Virus record (IMG/VR): IMGVR_UViG_3300028195_000002
DNA from: a virus
Strand: one strand, 5' to 3'
DNA: 60,585 bases
In this document: piece after piece, positions 57,485 to 60,585 of the stretch
Layout of the letters: each line of letters opens with the position of its first letter
How positions within the stretch are numbered: position 1 is the first letter of the stretch
The notes under the pieces: model-generated
What the model was told of the DNA's origin: nothing
What the model saw: only the letters and a program-made list of their open reading frames with translations
Databases searched by the model: none
Program-made: the position numbers and the translations under genes

Positions 57485-58753
57485 CTACTTATTAGCGGTT
57501 TCGTGATTCTTACCGCCCCATTGTTCTGCCATTGCCTTTGCTATTCCTGAATAAGTTTTTGACCTAAGCTTTGCCCGATTTTCAGACGGAGCCATTTTCC
57601 AGATTTTTTGTTCTCTACCTTTAACTATATTTGTAGGCTCAAGTTTAGGCAGGCCAAAAAGCCATAGACAAGTTGATTTTGTTTCACCATGTCCGTGCTG
57701 CCAAGGCTGTATTATCTGATCGGGTTTTCTATATTTCGTTGACATTATACCGATAGGGCTCTCTATTGCTTTTTTCCTGCAAGGATATCCAGCAAACATC
57801 ATAAAAAAATCAATCGCTTTTTGTTGCCTACCGTCTGCAATCTTTTCTTTAAACCACCTTGCCCCAGAAACACACAAATCAGTGCATGGTGGGAAAGCAA
57901 TTACAATATCCCACTTCTGGAAAAATAAAGCGGATGCAGCATCATTCTTTAGATGCCATTCTGGATGCCCACCAGAACATTGTTCGATATCACAAGAATA
58001 AGCTTCATGCCCGAGCCTCCTAAACTCTTTCGCTACTGCTTGACTTTCTTCACATGCAATCAAAACTTTCATATTTTTCCTCTTATGTTTGTACTTTACC
58101 CTGCCCAAGTACGGCTTTTGCTTTTGCCTTTTCGTGATGTTACCACCCCACTGTTCTGCCATCGCTTTTGCTATACCTATGAACGTTTTTGACCTGTTCT
58201 TAGAATCACCACCCGCCCTTTTTGCAGCTCCATACTTTGTTTTATCTTTTCTTCCTGTCCCACTCGGAACAAATGGCCCAGTATTTTCAACGATATTAGA
58301 CGGCTCCAATGGTTTGACACCTCGAACCCATAGACGAGTCTTTTTGCTCCATGGGTGGCCATGCTCATACGGTTGTATCTCCTGCGTGTGTTGCGGCATT
58401 TTAAAGACCTTGCTTGACACAGGGTTTTCTATTACCACTTTTTCGCATGGGTGATTATAAAAAAGCATAAAAAAGTCCTTAGCCTTTAGGCCTTTTTGGT
58501 ATCTCACTGGATCAATATTGCCTTTCGTTGGGTATAGACGACAAGCACCGGCATTTGATAGAAACGTGCATGGCGGAAAAGCAATTATCATATCCCATGA
58601 ATCTTTTAACAGCTCAACCACGTCATACTGGAAGTGCCATTCAGGGTGACCGCCAGAACACGGTTCTGTATCACCTGAATAAGCTTCATGCCCGAGCCTC
58701 CTAAACTCTTTTGTTACTGCTTGGCTTTCTTCACAAGCTACTAAAATTTTCAT
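57485..58753 (-). CDS. Tandem-duplicated minimal C5-methyltransferase-like protein (two fused paralogous domains)
   Basis: 422 aa. Copy 1 is about aa 1-205 and copy 2 is aa 228-422. Each copy has (I/V)ACEESQ, AFPPCT(F/D)L (a PPC catalytic-Cys-like motif), IENP/IESP (ENV-like) and GIAKAMAEQWGG. The internal ATG at 58072 retains an AGAGGA RBS. Confidence 0.55.
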   Translation of the reverse strand: MKILVACEESQAVTKEFRRLGHEAYSGDTEPCSGGHPEWHFQYDVVELLKDSWDMIIAFPPCTFLSNAGACRLYPTKGNIDPVRYQKGLKAKDFFMLFYNHPCEKVVIENPVSSKVFKMPQHTQEIQPYEHGHPWSKKTRLWVRGVKPLEPSNIVENTGPFVPSGTGRKDKTKYGAAKRAGGDSKNRSKTFIGIAKAMAEQWGGNITKRQKQKPYLGRVKYKHKRKNMKVLIACEESQAVAKEFRRLGHEAYSCDIEQCSGGHPEWHLKNDAASALFFQKWDIVIAFPPCTDLCVSGARWFKEKIADGRQQKAIDFFMMFAGYPCRKKAIESPIGIMSTKYRKPDQIIQPWQHGHGETKSTCLWLFGLPKLEPTNIVKGREQKIWKMAPSENRAKLRSKTYSGIAKAMAEQWGGKNHETANK

Positions 58754-58838
58754 ATATTCTGTTCCTTTTAAGGGTTCAGCGGTTTTTGTCCGCTGTAATA
58801 ATTTATTATCTCTGGCAGTTTTAGAGCTAACAATAAAC

Positions 58839-60332
58839 TCACTTATAGCTATGGAGCGGAGCGTAATAGCTATTAAGTGCAGTGTCCTCGTTACGTATTT
58901 TTTCTATTTTTTTAAAACAGTTTGTTTTGTATATTTCTTTAATTATTGCTTTCAGAACATTTACTGCTACACTATTGCCAAATTGTTTGTAGGACTCAGA
59001 AAGAGAAGAGGTTATTTTAAAGCTATCAGGAAAACCTTGAGCTCTAGCACATTCTCTAAGGCTTAATTTTCTGATAATATTGTTAATAAAATATAATCCT
59101 GTTTTTGCACCTGCACCTCCACCATATGCTGATAGTGTTATTGCATGTCCATAAGGACTATAAATTCGTTCTCCTTGTCCACCTTTATTTACATATCCAA
59201 TTTGAATTGGTTTATTTGGAAGATCAATTTTTCCAAAAAGATCTATTTGTGGTGTGAATGATTTTGTAAATACAGTATCAGGTCTATTTATTATTTTTGC
59301 ATCAGTTGGATTATCTTCAATAATATCTAAAAGACTCGTTCTTTTATTATAAGATTTGGGAAAATTAAACTTTTCTATTGGTAAGCCATTTCTAAAACAA
59401 ACAATGAAAATTCGTTCTCTATTTTGTGGAAGCCCATAATTTCTAGCATTTAAAACTTTATAAAAAACATTATAATCTAGTCTTTGTAAAGTTGAAATTA
59501 CCTTTTCAAGAGTTCTGCCATCATCATGTTTTTCAAAGTTTCTAACATTTTCAAGGAGTATAACTTTGGGCTTGTGATACTGTACGATGCGTGCAATATC
59601 AAAAAATAGTGTTCCTCTCGTATCTTCAAATCCTTTCTGTTTTCCAGAAATAGAAAATGCTTGACATGGAAATCCTCCACAAAGCATATCATGTTTTGGA
59701 ATTGTTTTTTCGTCAATCTTTGTAATATCACCCTTTGGCATTATTCCATAATTGTCATAATAAGTTTTGGCAGCATGTCTATCCCACTCTGAAGCTAATA
59801 CACACTTTGCACCAAATTCATTCATAGCTTGATGAAAACCACCAATGCCAGCAAACAAGTCTATATATTTTATATCTTTAGAATTATTGTTCATTAAATA
59901 ACTCCAAAGGATTAATATTGAATTGTAGGCTTTTTGGGTCTGGAGTTCCTCCTTTTTTATATTTGCCTCATTCCATTTAAATATCAAAGTCCCGTACACA
60001 TCAAGAACCCTATAGCATTCATTAAACCCAGATATTAAATCTTCTTTCCAAGTTTCTTTATCCAATAGTCCATACTTCATATTAATTACGCCTTTCATTG
60101 ATCCACTGGTTAGATGAGGCGGGTCATAAATAACCAACTTGAAAGAACAATCATCAAATGGCATATTCCTAAAGTCTCCTTTATAATCAGGTTTAATACA
60201 CCAATTAGGGTTCCATCCGTTTTTAAAAGCCCCTTTATCAACATCCCTGCAATCCATATACAATGTGTCTTTATTGTTCTTTTGATACCAAAACATTCTA
60301 CCACCACAGCACGCATCCAGTATTAATTTCAT
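58839..60332 (-). CDS. Fusion of an amino-methyltransferase-like domain (DPPH) and a DNA cytosine-5 methyltransferase
   Basis: 497 aa. N-terminal part: ILDACCGGR and IYDPPHL. C-terminal part: DLFAGIGGF (I), GGFPCQAFS (IV), LLENV (VI), QNRERIF (VIII), FGNSVAV (X). Confidence 0.8.
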   Translation of the reverse strand: MKLILDACCGGRMFWYQKNNKDTLYMDCRDVDKGAFKNGWNPNWCIKPDYKGDFRNMPFDDCSFKLVIYDPPHLTSGSMKGVINMKYGLLDKETWKEDLISGFNECYRVLDVYGTLIFKWNEANIKKEELQTQKAYNSILILWSYLMNNNSKDIKYIDLFAGIGGFHQAMNEFGAKCVLASEWDRHAAKTYYDNYGIMPKGDITKIDEKTIPKHDMLCGGFPCQAFSISGKQKGFEDTRGTLFFDIARIVQYHKPKVILLENVRNFEKHDDGRTLEKVISTLQRLDYNVFYKVLNARNYGLPQNRERIFIVCFRNGLPIEKFNFPKSYNKRTSLLDIIEDNPTDAKIINRPDTVFTKSFTPQIDLFGKIDLPNKPIQIGYVNKGGQGERIYSPYGHAITLSAYGGGAGAKTGLYFINNIIRKLSLRECARAQGFPDSFKITSSLSESYKQFGNSVAVNVLKAIIKEIYKTNCFKKIEKIRNEDTALNSYYAPLHSYK

Positions 60333-60458
60333 TTTTGTCCTTTCCTATAACCGGTTTATCCGGTTCATGCAGTTGATTAGCCTGGTTCGCCCAGAGCTAA
60401 TGTTATGATGACCGATGTGGGGATTGAGCGTTCCAACTGACGAAATCCACTATCCCGA

Positions 60459-60585
60459 GTTATTTCCACGCTCCAGGAAAGGACAACTCCCCACATTCGT
60501 TCTATTATTTTATTATAGCCGTTTTAAAAACTTGCGCAAAATACTGGCAACGACCACACAAGTATGCAGTCAGTTTGAATCTATG
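60459..60585. repeat. Terminal overlap, copy 2 (identical to 1-127)
   Basis: Same as copy 1. Most likely an assembly overlap of a circular or circularly permuted molecule. Confidence 0.9.

Larger units (their letters stand above)
1..60458. mobile_element. Complete circular temperate tailed-phage genome (podovirus-like, no tail tube/sheath/tape measure recognised)
   Basis: The identical 127-bp ends imply a closed circle. Terminase, portal, capsid, fibres, lysis, integrase/attP and replication modules are all present. Coding is almost entirely on the minus strand. Confidence 0.8.

Overview
The window is a complete, circularly assembled tailed-phage genome. Bases 1-127 are identical to 60459-60585, so the unique length is 60,458 bp. 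Nearly all genes are on the minus strand; the tyrosine integrase is the one clear plus-strand gene.

Modules, read in minus-strand order:
- Small and large terminase, portal, scaffold, N4-gp56-like major capsid protein.
- A roughly 10-kb block of receptor-binding and fibre genes.
- Several internal virion-like proteins, including one 4,341-aa ORF (13,026 nt, about 21.5% of the genome).
- A lysis cassette: GH108 endolysin, a 3-TM holin and two small membrane proteins.
- A lysogeny module: HTH regulator, back-to-back promoters, integrase, and an attP-like tRNA/tmRNA 3' fragment.
- A recombination/replication module: AAA_24 ATPase, DUF669-like protein, SF2 helicase, Cas4-like nuclease, Toprim primase-helicase, VRR-NUC nuclease, and an iteron-rich origin-like region.
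- A RelE/ParE-HTH toxin-antitoxin pair and a Bro-N protein.
- A DNA-modification and nucleotide-metabolism island spanning the circular junction: fused amino-MTase-like + C5-MTase, a tandem-duplicated minimal C5-MTase-like protein, dNMP-kinase-like, nucleoside 2-deoxyribosyltransferase-like and ThyA-like proteins.

I recognised no tail tube, sheath or tape-measure gene, so the phage looks podovirus-like.

The best-supported special system is a complete diversity-generating retroelement (DGR) inside the fibre block. It has an Mtd-like target gene with a C-terminal VR, then avd, TR and RT. In the TR/VR alignment, 16 of 19 mismatches fall at TR adenines, and a GC hairpin lies immediately 3' of the VR.

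Other notable items:
- The giant polyvalent (DarB-like MTase + SNF2 helicase + zincin motif + pyrophosphatase-like) virion protein.
- A 14-bp palindrome (TTCCCA-NN-TGGGAA) recurring in many intergenic regions and in the spacer of the putative int promoter.
- A dense array of the 9-bp motif CCGGATAAG.
- Modular shuffling of fibre N- and C-terminal domains.

All functional calls come from motif recognition by eye. No database search was possible, so family names are hypotheses to verify.
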